DNA of 51,209 nucleotides from Syntrophobacteria bacterium. GTDB taxonomy: Bacteria > Desulfobacterota > Syntrophobacteria > BM002. Positions 43,511 to 51,209 of the stretch are shown here, one piece after another; within the stretch, counting starts at the first letter, position 1, and each line of letters starts with the position of its first letter. Where the stretch lies: positions 1 through 51,209 of the forward strand of contig JBFFBS010000002.1 in NCBI GenBank assembly GCA_041560295.1, in the 5' to 3' direction. Below the pieces are notes generated by a model that was not told where the DNA came from, did no database searches, and saw nothing but the letters and a program-made list of their open reading frames with translations. Both the position numbers and the translations under genes were made by a program.

Positions 43511-44797
43511 CTATCTTCGCTTTGTCCGACCGCCGACCCATGCGTTACTCTTTTTTCGGCCAGAACCAGGAGAAGTTCTCTTCTGGTTACCAGCCCTTTT
43601 TGCCATGGAGGGTTTACGGCGTGGACCCCGTTGGTTCAGAGGTCGGGACGATGCCATGTGTTTGCGGGGCGCCGACTCGGAGAAATTGAAGCCGTCCACC
43701 GTGCGGTGCTCCATCCGACTGCCCAGAATCTGCTCGATGGCACGGACCATGGCCTTGTCGTTTCCGGTCGCCAGGGTGAAAGCATCGCCATTGCGGGTAG
43801 CGCGACCGGTTCGGCCGATACGATGAATATAGGCATCTGCGGTGTCAGGGATGTCGTAGTTGATCACGTGGGAAACCCGGGTCACATCGATTCCGCGTGA
43901 GGCGACGTCGGTGGCCACGAGAATTTGAAAGGTGCCGTTGCGAAAGCCGTCCAAAGCAGCCTGGCGTCGTTTCTGGGACAAATTTCCCTGCAGGGATGTG
44001 GCCTTGAAGCCGGTCCTGCCCAGTTTTTCGCCCAGGCTTTTGGCGCGGTGCTTGGTGCGGGTAAATACCAGCACCGAGTTGGTGTCGGTATGACGCAAAA
44101 GCTCCACGAGCATAGCCGCTTTGCGGTGTTGTTCCACCGGGTAGAGCGCGTGGCTGACGGTGTCCGCCGGGGCGGTGGCGCCGATCTGGACCGTAGTCGG
44201 CTGATCCAACACCTCGCGGGCCAAGCGCCGAATTTCGGCGGGCATGGTGGCTGAGAACATCAGGGTCTGCCGCTTCGTGGGCAGATGGCTCAAAATCCGC
44301 CGGATGTCGGGTAAAAAGCCCATGTCGAACATGTGGTCCGCCTCGTCGAGGACCAGTACCTCCAGCCCGGAAAGGTCGACAGTCTTTCGGCCAATATGGT
44401 CAAGCAATCGACCGGGGCAGGCCACTACAATCTCGGCACCCCGTCTCAGCTTTACCACTTGCGGGTTGATACTCACCCCGCCGTAGACGGTGACGCTTCG
44501 CAGGCGGGTCTGCCGCCCCAAGGTCATGATGTCCCCGTGAATTTGTTCTGCTAGCTCCCGTGTGGGCGCGACGACCAGGGCCCGGACCCGTCCGCGGGGA
44601 CCCCGCTTGAGACGGTGGAGTATCGGCAAGGCAAACGCGGCGGTCTTGCCGGTGCCGGTCTGGGCCAGACCCATGACATCACGCCCCTGCATGACCGGGG
44701 GGATCGCCTTGGCCTGAATCGGTGTAGGTGTAACAAAGCCCGCCGCGGTGATACCGGCAGCGACGTGCGGGTGAAAATTGAACGCATGAAAATTCAT
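43511..44797 (-). CDS. DEAD-box ATP-dependent RNA helicase (RhlE-like) with basic C-terminal tail
   Basis: Q-motif TPIQ, AQTGTGKT, PTRELA, DEAD, SAT, and HRIGRTGR. ATG 44797 with an AAGGAG SD. Confidence 0.92.
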   Translation of the reverse strand: MNFHAFNFHPHVAAGITAAGFVTPTPIQAKAIPPVMQGRDVMGLAQTGTGKTAAFALPILHRLKRGPRGRVRALVVAPTRELAEQIHGDIMTLGRQTRLRSVTVYGGVSINPQVVKLRRGAEIVVACPGRLLDHIGRKTVDLSGLEVLVLDEADHMFDMGFLPDIRRILSHLPTKRQTLMFSATMPAEIRRLAREVLDQPTTVQIGATAPADTVSHALYPVEQHRKAAMLVELLRHTDTNSVLVFTRTKHRAKSLGEKLGRTGFKATSLQGNLSQKRRQAALDGFRNGTFQILVATDVASRGIDVTRVSHVINYDIPDTADAYIHRIGRTGRATRNGDAFTLATGNDKAMVRAIEQILGSRMEHRTVDGFNFSESAPRKHMASSRPLNQRGPRRKPSMAKRAGNQKRTSPGSGRKKSNAWVGGRTKRR

Positions 44798-44821
44798 AAG
44801 ACTCCTTTTTCCTTGTTCCAC

Positions 44822-44849
44822 AAAAAAAGCCCCGGAGTTATTCCGGGGC
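44822..44849 (-). terminator. Terminator-like hairpin plus U7 inside the helicase 5' leader
   Basis: Minus strand reads GCCCCGGA-ATAAC-TCCGGGGC-TTTTTTT and ends about 20 nt before the helicase SD. Confidence 0.5.
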
Positions 44850-44985
44850 GTACGATGTCGTTGTATTTATCGTTTCTTAACCAGGAACAATACGTAGGGT
44901 ACAGAAACTAACAGCTTTCACAGAAGGCTGTCAAGCAAATTCGGTGCTCACGCCCTCAGCGCCTAATTTATTGCGTGTGGGTCGT

Positions 44986-45110
44986 TAGGTCGTGGGTTAT
45001 AGGTGATAGGTTGTTACCCATAACCCATTACCCATCACCAATAACCTAAGAATCCTTTCTCGCTTACTCATGCAGTGAGCCCCTTGCGCCCTGTGCCTTT
45101 TGCCTATACC
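44986..45110 (+). repeat. Modular repeat block containing palindrome family B copy 4
   Basis: GTCGTTAGGTCGTGGGTTATAGGTGATAGGTTGTTACCCATAACCCATTACCCATCACCAATAACCTAAG, CCTTTCTCG, ATGCAGTGAGCCCC, TTGCGCC/CTGTGCC units. Confidence 0.95.
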
Positions 45111-45182
45111 ATTAGCTTGGTCCGACCATCGAACGACTAACATCAGTTGCTTCTTCAAAGGGGGCTTTCCGAGGGGAGCGTC

Positions 45183-45572
45183 ATGAAATTCCATCACGTC
45201 GGCATGGTGGTGCGGTCGGTCAGCGTCGCCGAGAATCTGTGCCGGGAGCGACTTAAGGATAATGAGCCGCTGGTCTGGGGACCGGTGCCGGCCTTTCAGT
45301 GTAGTGTTGCTTTCTCGACCAGGTTTCCTATGATCGAATTCGTTGTCCCCGAGCCGGAGTCGAGGCTCGTCAAGTTTCTCGAGGGCAAGTCCGTCCTCCA
45401 CCACATCGCCTTTGCCGTCGAGGACGTCCGGAATCCTGTGCCTTTTTCGCCGGGTTACCTTATATTCGATGAGCCAGCGTATGCCCCCGTCCAGGGGCTC
45501 CTGGTCAACTTTCTCAAACCCCTTGAGGGACTCCTCGTCGAGGTGGTGCAGGAGCCAAGAAGTAAGAGTTGA
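45183..45572 (+). CDS. VOC (glyoxalase/methylmalonyl-CoA epimerase-like) family protein
   Basis: MKFHHVGMVV...HHIAFAVEDV...VEVVQ is the metal-ligand pattern of VOC/epimerase proteins. ATG 45183 with a GGGGAG SD. Confidence 0.65.
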   Translation: MKFHHVGMVVRSVSVAENLCRERLKDNEPLVWGPVPAFQCSVAFSTRFPMIEFVVPEPESRLVKFLEGKSVLHHIAFAVEDVRNPVPFSPGYLIFDEPAYAPVQGLLVNFLKPLEGLLVEVVQEPRSKS

Positions 45573-45652
45573 ATTGCGAACCAGAGTTTGAGGCATTAAT
45601 CTTGGGTAGGAAATCTATTGGACGAACGTACGAATGGACAGACGGAAACAGC

Positions 45653-47128
45653 TCAAATCTTCTTTAGCAGTTCCTCCCTGATCCTCACCATTGCCCATGT
45701 GTCTTGGGCGCAGTATTCGAGCAGATCATTCTTTATCTTTTCCTTATCTTCGGGCGTTGTGGCAGGGTCGATCATGCGCAGGTATTGCAGTGAGGCCATC
45801 TGCCCTTCCTGAATCGCCATATCGTCATATTGCATCTCCGGCACAACAGCCGGGAGTACTGCCTTGAGTGAGAAAGAGCCGTGAAATTCGGGGTGGTAAT
45901 AGTGATTCTTGACCACCACGTGCAAATCGTAGAGACGCTCGATGACTGAGAGCAAACGGTCCCTGTAATGGGGCAAGTACTCCATCAATCCTTGTAGTAC
46001 CCCTTTCTCGTAGGTTGTGTAGACCACGATTGAACCTTTTTCCCCGAGCGCTCTCAAAAGGGTCTCAGCAAACTCCTCCCGAGGGTCTTTATCCTCCAGG
46101 CACAGATACTCCTGGTGCTCAATGTTTCCATTCTCGTGCATGATGTGATTCGACCATTGAAACGGTATGGTCTCATAGGGCCTGGTGCTGGCATATTTGG
46201 GGATTCCCAGGCCGATGGTTTCAAAATCCAGAAAATGGATGGGGTGTTCAACCTTCATCAACTCTCCACCTAGTTGGGGAGCTATGTACTCCTTCTGATT
46301 GACAACGCAGTCCCTCATGAGCTGCAGTATTGGAGTGAGCGTAAAATCAACCGGGATGTCACGGATATCTTCGACACCCATAGCCCTCAGCTCTTCTTGT
46401 ATTTTCGCGCTTACGCCTTTCTCATTCACAACCCAGTACTCGGGCATTGCCTGGGTGCAGTGTTCCCAGAAACTGCAAAGGTAAGGTTTTTTGCAATGAG
46501 GTGAAGGAATGATATTCGGCGGTTCGTTTTTTCCCAGCATATCTTTGAGTACGGCCACCTGTGAGGGAATCACCCCTTGCTGTGACAGGGCTTCCTCGGT
46601 CTGATCGGAGAAGGTTAAGAAACTATTGAGATCAAGATTGCTCCCGTCATATACATACTGATTATTGATGTGCATAACCCCGGCCAGATTTACTGACAGT
46701 CCTGCGCTCCGAAGCACGTGCAATTGAACCGCCACATCGGGTATGTGCTCCTTTTTGAGCTTGGTGGAGGACTTCACTTCGATGAGGTTCCACGCCTTAT
46801 CATTGACTCTCTGCAATACATCCACGCGAATCCGGACACCATCCTCGAGAAACGCCGCCTCGTAGATTGCAGGTACATCTCGGTTTTTTAGAACTTCCAA
46901 GGTGGACCGAACAGCATCCTCGTGGTGAAAGTGATCTTCCTCTATCCGAACACCCCCGGGGTAGAGTTCAGTGGCAAGTCTCCCCACCTCGTTTCCGGTG
47001 TCGAACATTGCCTGCTGAACCGGGTCAGTTTCAGACATGAGATCACGGTTGTAGCACTCGTACCACAAGCGCAGATGGCACTGCAGTCCTGCCATAAAGC
47101 GGGATTTGGATAGCATTGGTATTTTCAT
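45653..47128 (-). CDS. DUF2779-type protein: N-terminal PD-(D/E)xK (Cas4/RecB-like) nuclease with Cys cluster plus C-terminal RNase H-fold exonuclease-like domain
   Basis: LSKSRFMAGLQCHLRLWY N-terminus, RVDVL...IEVKSS (D...ExK), HCKKPYLCSFWEHC, HFLDFET...YCAQDTWAM. ATG 47128 with an AAGGA SD. Confidence 0.65.
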   Translation of the reverse strand: MKIPMLSKSRFMAGLQCHLRLWYECYNRDLMSETDPVQQAMFDTGNEVGRLATELYPGGVRIEEDHFHHEDAVRSTLEVLKNRDVPAIYEAAFLEDGVRIRVDVLQRVNDKAWNLIEVKSSTKLKKEHIPDVAVQLHVLRSAGLSVNLAGVMHINNQYVYDGSNLDLNSFLTFSDQTEEALSQQGVIPSQVAVLKDMLGKNEPPNIIPSPHCKKPYLCSFWEHCTQAMPEYWVVNEKGVSAKIQEELRAMGVEDIRDIPVDFTLTPILQLMRDCVVNQKEYIAPQLGGELMKVEHPIHFLDFETIGLGIPKYASTRPYETIPFQWSNHIMHENGNIEHQEYLCLEDKDPREEFAETLLRALGEKGSIVVYTTYEKGVLQGLMEYLPHYRDRLLSVIERLYDLHVVVKNHYYHPEFHGSFSLKAVLPAVVPEMQYDDMAIQEGQMASLQYLRMIDPATTPEDKEKIKNDLLEYCAQDTWAMVRIREELLKKI

Positions 47129-47166
47129 CAAATGTCCTTATCGTGTCGAATTCATCAAATAGTTTC

Positions 47167-47280
47167 TGTAAGCAGTGAACAGTAAGCGGTAAGCAGAACT
47201 TCACATCTTATATCGCACATCGAATATCTACAATCTGCAATCTCAAATCTGCAATCTTCTCTACGCCCTATGCTCTATAC
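47167..47280 (+). repeat. Modular repeat block (overlaps the 3' end of ORF 47261-47482)
   Basis: GTAAGCA/GTGAACA/GTAAGCG/GTAAGCA, CACATCT/TATATCG/CACATCG, AATCTGC units x4, CTACGCC/CTATGCT. Confidence 0.95.
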
Positions 47281-47482
47281 TTTCTTCTTCATATTCAACA
47301 ATAGAGACAACCTGCACCTTGTCTGAAGCCTGAAAGTAATAGTATTGGTGATAGTTGCTCCTGTCACACAATGCCTTCTTTAGGTTGTCCATGGTCACTT
47401 CTTCAGGTTTTAATTTTCTGCTCCGGCTTGACCCTATAACGTGGTCGATTGTGTCTGGAACAATTAAGGTAATTTGTTTCAT
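47261..47482 (-). CDS. Hypothetical small protein (73 aa)
   Basis: ORF whose last six codons (SIEHRA) and stop are encoded by the reverse complement of CTATGCY units. No family recognised. Confidence 0.35.
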   Translation of the reverse strand: MKQITLIVPDTIDHVIGSSRSRKLKPEEVTMDNLKKALCDRSNYHQYYYFQASDKVQVVSIVEYEEESIEHRA

Positions 47483-47561
47483 TTTTCAACTCTTTTTCTT
47501 AGCTGGAGACATGTTGTTAGTCCGCCTTCCCATGGCCTATCACTCTGTGTTTTGCTGCAAA

Positions 47562-48092
47562 TTATGTGCAAGCTTCATCTTCCTCGAAAAGCTCCCCCTG
47601 CTCTTCTGGCTTTTCCACTAACCTCAACTGTGGCTTTTCTTTACCCTCCAGAACCTCATCCACAGTGTGGTCACCATATATTAGCGACATGAATTTCGGG
47701 TAGTGCTCGTCAGCCCGCCAAATCCCCCAGTTCCACAGACTTTCAAAATAGCCCGTTGAAAAACGCGTCCCCGTAACAGAAGCAGATATACGAAAGGCCA
47801 GACCCCCGTCTTCAGGGTTCATAGCAAACTTTCCCATTATGAGCTTGTAGTTCAATTGATTGAGCAGATCCAAGACCAGGTGGCGCTTGCTCGAGGGAGC
47901 ACTGTTTTGAAAATACCAGGACAGGCTGAGCGTCTCTGATGCGCCGTGGAGCCAGACAAAAACTCTAAAGGACCCATTGTCCCCTCTGATGTAAGTGAGA
48001 GCCGTTCTCTCCTCGTCGTTCACTTCGTAGAGCGGCCAGTCCTCTTCCTCGAAATACTCGATTATCTTTTCCCAATAGAGATTTACATTCAT
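47562..48092 (-). CDS. YbjN-like (T3SS-chaperone-fold) protein; weak assignment
   Basis: GAGGA SD. Its layout is ...EDWPLYEVNDEERTALTYIRGDNGSFRVFVWL...LLNQLNYKLIMGKFAMNPEDGGLAFRISASV. This resembles the YbjN family from memory. Confidence 0.45.
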   Translation of the reverse strand: MNVNLYWEKIIEYFEEEDWPLYEVNDEERTALTYIRGDNGSFRVFVWLHGASETLSLSWYFQNSAPSSKRHLVLDLLNQLNYKLIMGKFAMNPEDGGLAFRISASVTGTRFSTGYFESLWNWGIWRADEHYPKFMSLIYGDHTVDEVLEGKEKPQLRLVEKPEEQGELFEEDEACT

Positions 48093-48156
48093 GGCATTGT
48101 CCTCGTCTGTGTGGGTCTGTGGCTACCTAAGCGTTAAAAAGCCTATCGCCGGTCTT

Positions 48157-48306
48157 TCACTCCTGGCGCTCATTTCTGAGATTCTCCACCTCAGACTTTA
48201 GTTCTTCAATTTCTGATTTTAGTCGCCCAAAGGCCTCGGCCTCTTCATCGATAGAGACCAGACGATCAGACAACAGAGCCGTTATGGCAAACTCTAAGAA
48301 GTCCAT
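48157..48306 (-). CDS. 49-aa coiled-coil peptide (below ORF-track cutoff)
   Basis: My own translation: MDFLEFAITALLSDRLVSIDEEAEAFGRLKSEIEELKSEVENLRNERQE. Its ATG overlaps the upstream TAA (TAATG). Confidence 0.35.
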   Translation of the reverse strand: MDFLEFAITALLSDRLVSIDEEAEAFGRLKSEIEELKSEVENLRNERQE

Positions 48307-49298
48307 TAGCGTCTCCTCCTTCTTCTGGAATACCTCTGCATCCTGGAGCTGTAACCTTGCTCCCGGTGGCCATTACGCCTGGCAAACACCGAGAAGTGAA
48401 GAACCTGATCCTCGTGTGCCAGGGCAAACCCGGTGAGATTATATGACTCCAGCCTGTAATCCATGCCCAGACCCACAGATGGTCGACTTTCCACCGAAGC
48501 TGAGCTCGCAGCCCACAGGAACTTCGTCACCTCACTTTTGAGTGCTTTTCCGGATCTTTCCTGCTCTGACCAGTCGATGGCGTCCAGGGCATAACTCTCA
48601 ACCAGCTTCCTGAACACCTTCGAAAACGTTTCAGGCTTGCCAAAGCAGTCCAGGCCGACGACTTTGCCGTTGATCATAAAAACAGCGCCAACCTGCATCT
48701 CCACCAGTCGGAAATGGTTGATGTAGTTATCGAGTGCCGCCCTCTTCTTCTCATAGATCTCGGACATTGCCATGGTGGGTGACTCGGCCCTCATTCTCCT
48801 GGCTTTCTTGGAGATTTCCCTCCAAATAGCTGCCTGGTCAGAGTAATAGTCATCGGAGGTCTTGATGGAGCGATGAACCTGCTCTGACTTCATAGCCCTG
48901 AGCTGTGCCGCCATGAGCCTCTCTTGGCTGTCGAAGCGTGGGCTTGTGTGTGCCCACCTCCCCTGCTCCACGCAGCTAACTGGAATTACCGTGGTGGTTT
49001 TTTCCTGAATCAGTATGGTGGTGTTGACAATCCTATTCTGTTTCGCCCCCACCAACTCCTCACCGTCCAGGATCAGGATCATACAGGGCGATTTGTTTAC
49101 CACTTGGAGTTCGGGGACAGTCCCCTCCTCGCTTACCTCCACCACTTCGATTAGCCCTTCGGTCAAAGCCTCGTCGAGCGTGATGTAGTCCAATCCGATT
49201 GCATAGCTGGAGAGGAGAGGGAATATAGCCAGGTTTCGGTGGGACTGCTTGCGGCCAATTTTGGCCTCTTTCAGGTAGTTTTGAATTATTGTTTCCAC
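48306..49298 (-). CDS. Conserved hypothetical protein (330 aa) with poly-Arg C-terminus
   Basis: GTG 49298. N-terminal NLAIFPLL...LDYITLDEAL...EVSEEGTVPELQVVNKS...ILDGEELVGAKQNRIVNTTILI...IPVSCVEQGRW looks like a widespread uncharacterised family. I cannot name it with confidence. Confidence 0.6.
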   Translation of the reverse strand: METIIQNYLKEAKIGRKQSHRNLAIFPLLSSYAIGLDYITLDEALTEGLIEVVEVSEEGTVPELQVVNKSPCMILILDGEELVGAKQNRIVNTTILIQEKTTTVIPVSCVEQGRWAHTSPRFDSQERLMAAQLRAMKSEQVHRSIKTSDDYYSDQAAIWREISKKARRMRAESPTMAMSEIYEKKRAALDNYINHFRLVEMQVGAVFMINGKVVGLDCFGKPETFSKVFRKLVESYALDAIDWSEQERSGKALKSEVTKFLWAASSASVESRPSVGLGMDYRLESYNLTGFALAHEDQVLHFSVFARRNGHREQGYSSRMQRYSRRRRRR

Positions 49299-49347
49299 AA
49301 AATCACACCCCTTTCATTGTCTTTTGTGCATACGATAGCAAAAGGGT

Positions 49348-49364
49348 TTGACACATCAGGTCAA
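49348..49364. promoter_or_regulatory. Palindromic box TTGAC-N7-GTCAA (box 1 of 3)
   Basis: TTGACACATCAGGTCAA lies 50 nt upstream of GTG 49298. Its minus-strand reading also supplies a TTGACC -35-like hexamer. Confidence 0.4.
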
Positions 49365-49449
49365 TTGGGGGGATTTTTTGAAATGCAATAAAGAGATTGG
49401 CCGAGCGGCCTCTATAACAGGAGCGTAGCTCTCTTTTCCTCATCGTTTT

Positions 49450-49507
49450 GCTGACCGCTGATCGCTGACGGCTGAACGCTGTTTTTCTGACAGATACGGT
49501 CAAAAGG
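49450..49507 (+). repeat. GCTGAYC heptamer array plus box 2 (TGAC-N7-GTCA at 49488-49502)
   Basis: GCTGACC GCTGATC GCTGACG GCTGAAC GCTGTTT TTC TGACAGATACGGTCA AAAGG. Confidence 0.9.
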
Positions 49508-49586
49508 AAGAATTTTTATAGATAGGCAGGAAAAGGTTTTGGCGTTTTTTCAAATCATGAGAATTGAATAATCTTGTCTTGTTTTT

Positions 49587-49646
49587 CGCTGATAGCTGAC
49601 CGCTGAGGGCTGAACGCTGTCTTTCCGACACATCAGGTCAAAAGGG
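49587..49646 (+). repeat. GCTGAYC heptamer array plus box 3 (GAC-N7-GTC at 49626-49640)
   Basis: CGCTGATAGCTGACCGCTGAGGGCTGAACGCTGTCTTTCCGACACATCAGGTCAAAAGGG. This is a direct repeat of 49450-49507. Confidence 0.9.
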
Positions 49647-49665
49647 TGGGTTTTTTTGGTGAGCC

Positions 49666-49803
49666 GTAAGCAGTAAGCGGTAAAAAAAGAATCAAGTAGC
49701 AAGTAGTCAGTAGCCAGAATCCAGCATGCGAATCCGACTCTCTTATATTCGCAATTCGCAATTCGAAATTCGCAATTGTTTCCCTACGCTCCATGCTCTA
49801 CGC
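49666..49803 (+). repeat. Modular repeat block (runs into the stop codon of the phosphoesterase gene)
   Basis: GTAAGCA GTAAGCG GTAAAAA, AAGAATCAAGTAGCAAGTAGTCAGTAGCCAGAATCCAG, ATTCGCA x4, CTACGCT/CCATGCT/CTACGCT. Confidence 0.95.
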
Positions 49804-50334
49804 TTCTATCGTCCTGTGTCCATATACCCCAATTACCCTCGTGTCCCCCAATTCCGACTCCCAGTTTACATGTTGATGACCGTGAATGAGGATCCTGGGT
49901 TTTCTTTCCAATACATAGGTCTTGAGCCCGTCGAAGCCGTAATGAACCTCATCCTCCTGGTCGTGAATCCCCCTTGGGGAGTTATGGGAAAAAAAGATGT
50001 CCACTATAGGGAAATTGGACAGATATTCTTCCACTTCCCACTGCTCGAACAGAAAGTGGCCCCGTGGTTTGTATTTCCATGCGCCGCTCAGGCCTCCGAA
50101 TCTCACACCGTGCATTTCTTTAACCTGAAGATGCATATCTGTGATCGGTTCTAGAAAGGGGGTATTCGGGTCGTGATTTCCCTTTACCGCCAGGATAGTC
50201 TTACACCCATGCGATTCTGCAGCTTCCAGGATCACCTGGTCAGAAATGTCACCACACGATACGAGCACATCCGCTCGCCCGCTCCCGTGCTCCCAGTGAA
50301 AGTCGTCTATGTCCGAAATCACAAGTATTTTCAT
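49798..50334 (-). CDS. Metallophosphoesterase (calcineurin-like)
   Basis: MKILVISDIDDFH, CGDISD, GNHD and HGHQH motifs. Start moved to ATG 50334 (AAGGAAAAACG upstream). Confidence 0.8.
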   Translation of the reverse strand: MKILVISDIDDFHWEHGSGRADVLVSCGDISDQVILEAAESHGCKTILAVKGNHDPNTPFLEPITDMHLQVKEMHGVRFGGLSGAWKYKPRGHFLFEQWEVEEYLSNFPIVDIFFSHNSPRGIHDQEDEVHYGFDGLKTYVLERKPRILIHGHQHVNWESELGDTRVIGVYGHRTIEA

Positions 50335-50340
50335 CGTTTT

Positions 50341-50381
50341 TCCTTGCCTTACGCCTTGAGCCTTGCGCCTTGCGCCTTTTG
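50341..50381 (+). repeat. GCGCCTT-type heptamer array in a 47-nt intercistronic gap
   Basis: CCTTGCCTTACGCCTTGAGCCTTGCGCCTTGCGCC. Its reverse complement supplies the AAGG SD of the downstream gene. Confidence 0.9.
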
Positions 50382-51077
50382 CTAATGTATCGTCACCTCC
50401 GGCAACTCCGATTGAGTAATCTCCACCCCCTCCCTGCACCATTCCAAACGAAGTTTGAGATAGGGGGCCCTTGCAAAAAGCTCGGGGTGGTCGCTCAAAA
50501 GGTTCTCGAGATGAACCAGTGCCCTGGCGTCATATGGTTCCACCTGCGTTGCTGTGATGTAGCACTCGACAGCTGCTTCGAGCCTACCGAGGCCTTCGCA
50601 TGCCAAGCCAAGATTTTTGTAGGCATTTGCTAGCTCAGGTTCGATGGAGATTGCTCGCTCCAGGAGAGGCTCGGCCTCCTCGAACTGCTCCAATAGAATA
50701 AGTAAATAGCCGAAGTTGTTGTGAAGGAAATACAGGGTATTATCCTCGAGCTCTTCCAGCTCCAGCGCCTCATCGTAATAAGCCCTTGCTGATTCATAGT
50801 CCTCCATCTCCTCCGTTAGCAGGGCCAGCGCGAGCAAACAGTGAGCTCGCTGATCCGAGTTCTTCGACAGCTCCAACAGCCGCTCGACAAACCCTACCGC
50901 CCTTTCCCGCTGACAGGTACGGCTGCAAAACCTTACAAGGTTCCAGAGTGTGGACTGGCACTCACCCCAGCTATCTTGCAGGCAGGCGAGCAGCTCTGTT
51001 TCGAATTCCTTGAAATAAATGACTTCCCCCGGACCAAGACCAGGGGTGCAATACTGCAGCTTAAGATTTTCCGACAT
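50382..51077 (-). CDS. Tetratricopeptide-repeat (TPR) protein
   Basis: Repeated A-x-x-x-Y/F...A-L-E-L/P TPR-like helices (ESARAYYDEALELEE, FEEAEPLLERAISIEP, ANAYKNLGLACEGLGRLEAAVECY). TAGGAGAAGG SD. Confidence 0.7.
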   Translation of the reverse strand: MSENLKLQYCTPGLGPGEVIYFKEFETELLACLQDSWGECQSTLWNLVRFCSRTCQRERAVGFVERLLELSKNSDQRAHCLLALALLTEEMEDYESARAYYDEALELEELEDNTLYFLHNNFGYLLILLEQFEEAEPLLERAISIEPELANAYKNLGLACEGLGRLEAAVECYITATQVEPYDARALVHLENLLSDHPELFARAPYLKLRLEWCREGVEITQSELPEVTIH

Positions 51078-51095
51078 AACCTTCTCCTATGATCT

Positions 51096-51209
51096 GGTGA
51101 GCGGTAAACGGAGAACCGTTCAAGTCGTTCAAATCGTAGAAATCGTCTTCTATTTTTCTCATAGTGCCTAGTTCTTAGTTCCTAGTTCCTGGTTCTTTCT
51201 GCCCGCTGC
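51096..51209 (+). repeat. Modular repeat block (continues past the window end)
   Basis: GTGAGCG GTAAACG, CAAGTCGTT/CAAATCGTA/GAAATCGTC 9-mers, TGCCTAG/TTCTTAG/TTCCTAG x4, CTGCCCGCTGC. Confidence 0.95.

Noticed and set aside
44997-45596. 199-aa minus-strand ORF
   Set aside because: It is antisense to the VOC-family gene, which has a proper SD and metal-ligand motifs. Its 3' part translates the family B palindrome.

Overview
This is a 51.2-kb bacterial chromosomal window with about 60 plausible CDS on both strands. I cannot support any rRNA, tRNA, CRISPR array, transposase or integrase. Recognisable genes are: the hisF 3' end, lepA, a DEAD-box helicase, a stand-alone GMP-synthase ATP-pyrophosphatase subunit, an anaerobic CO-dehydrogenase cluster (cooS-cooF-FAD oxidoreductase), an HtrA-like protease, OMPLA (pldA), a PagL-like deacylase, bactofilin and a TlpA-like redoxin. 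Signalling proteins are frequent: 3 FHA, 2 PilZ, one PAS-LuxR and one CheY-like receiver. The gene content suggests an anaerobic Gram-negative, possibly Desulfobacterota-like; this is inference only. The strongest signal is non-coding. More than 30 intergenic blocks are built from one shared vocabulary of 7-bp (some 8- and 9-bp) tandem micro-arrays. These are concatenated in a recurring order and almost always in the same chromosomal orientation whatever the direction of the flanking genes. Within this background there are discrete multi-copy families: a ~250-bp composite element (3 copies), a ~70-bp imperfect palindrome (4 copies), ~100-160-bp near-identical pairs, twin-hairpin motifs, and a conserved 3'-flank element ending in an intrinsic terminator. 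The best gene-level candidates for an undescribed system are two. One is an ExeA-like AAA+/OmpA protein paired with a periplasmic-vWA/cytoplasmic-FHA membrane protein, bracketed by ~160-bp direct repeats. The other is a minus-strand cluster: a 330-aa conserved protein, a 49-aa coiled-coil protein, a YbjN-like protein, a 73-aa protein and a DUF2779-type nuclease, preceded by three TGAC-N7-GTCA boxes. All family assignments come from motif recognition by eye. No searches were run.
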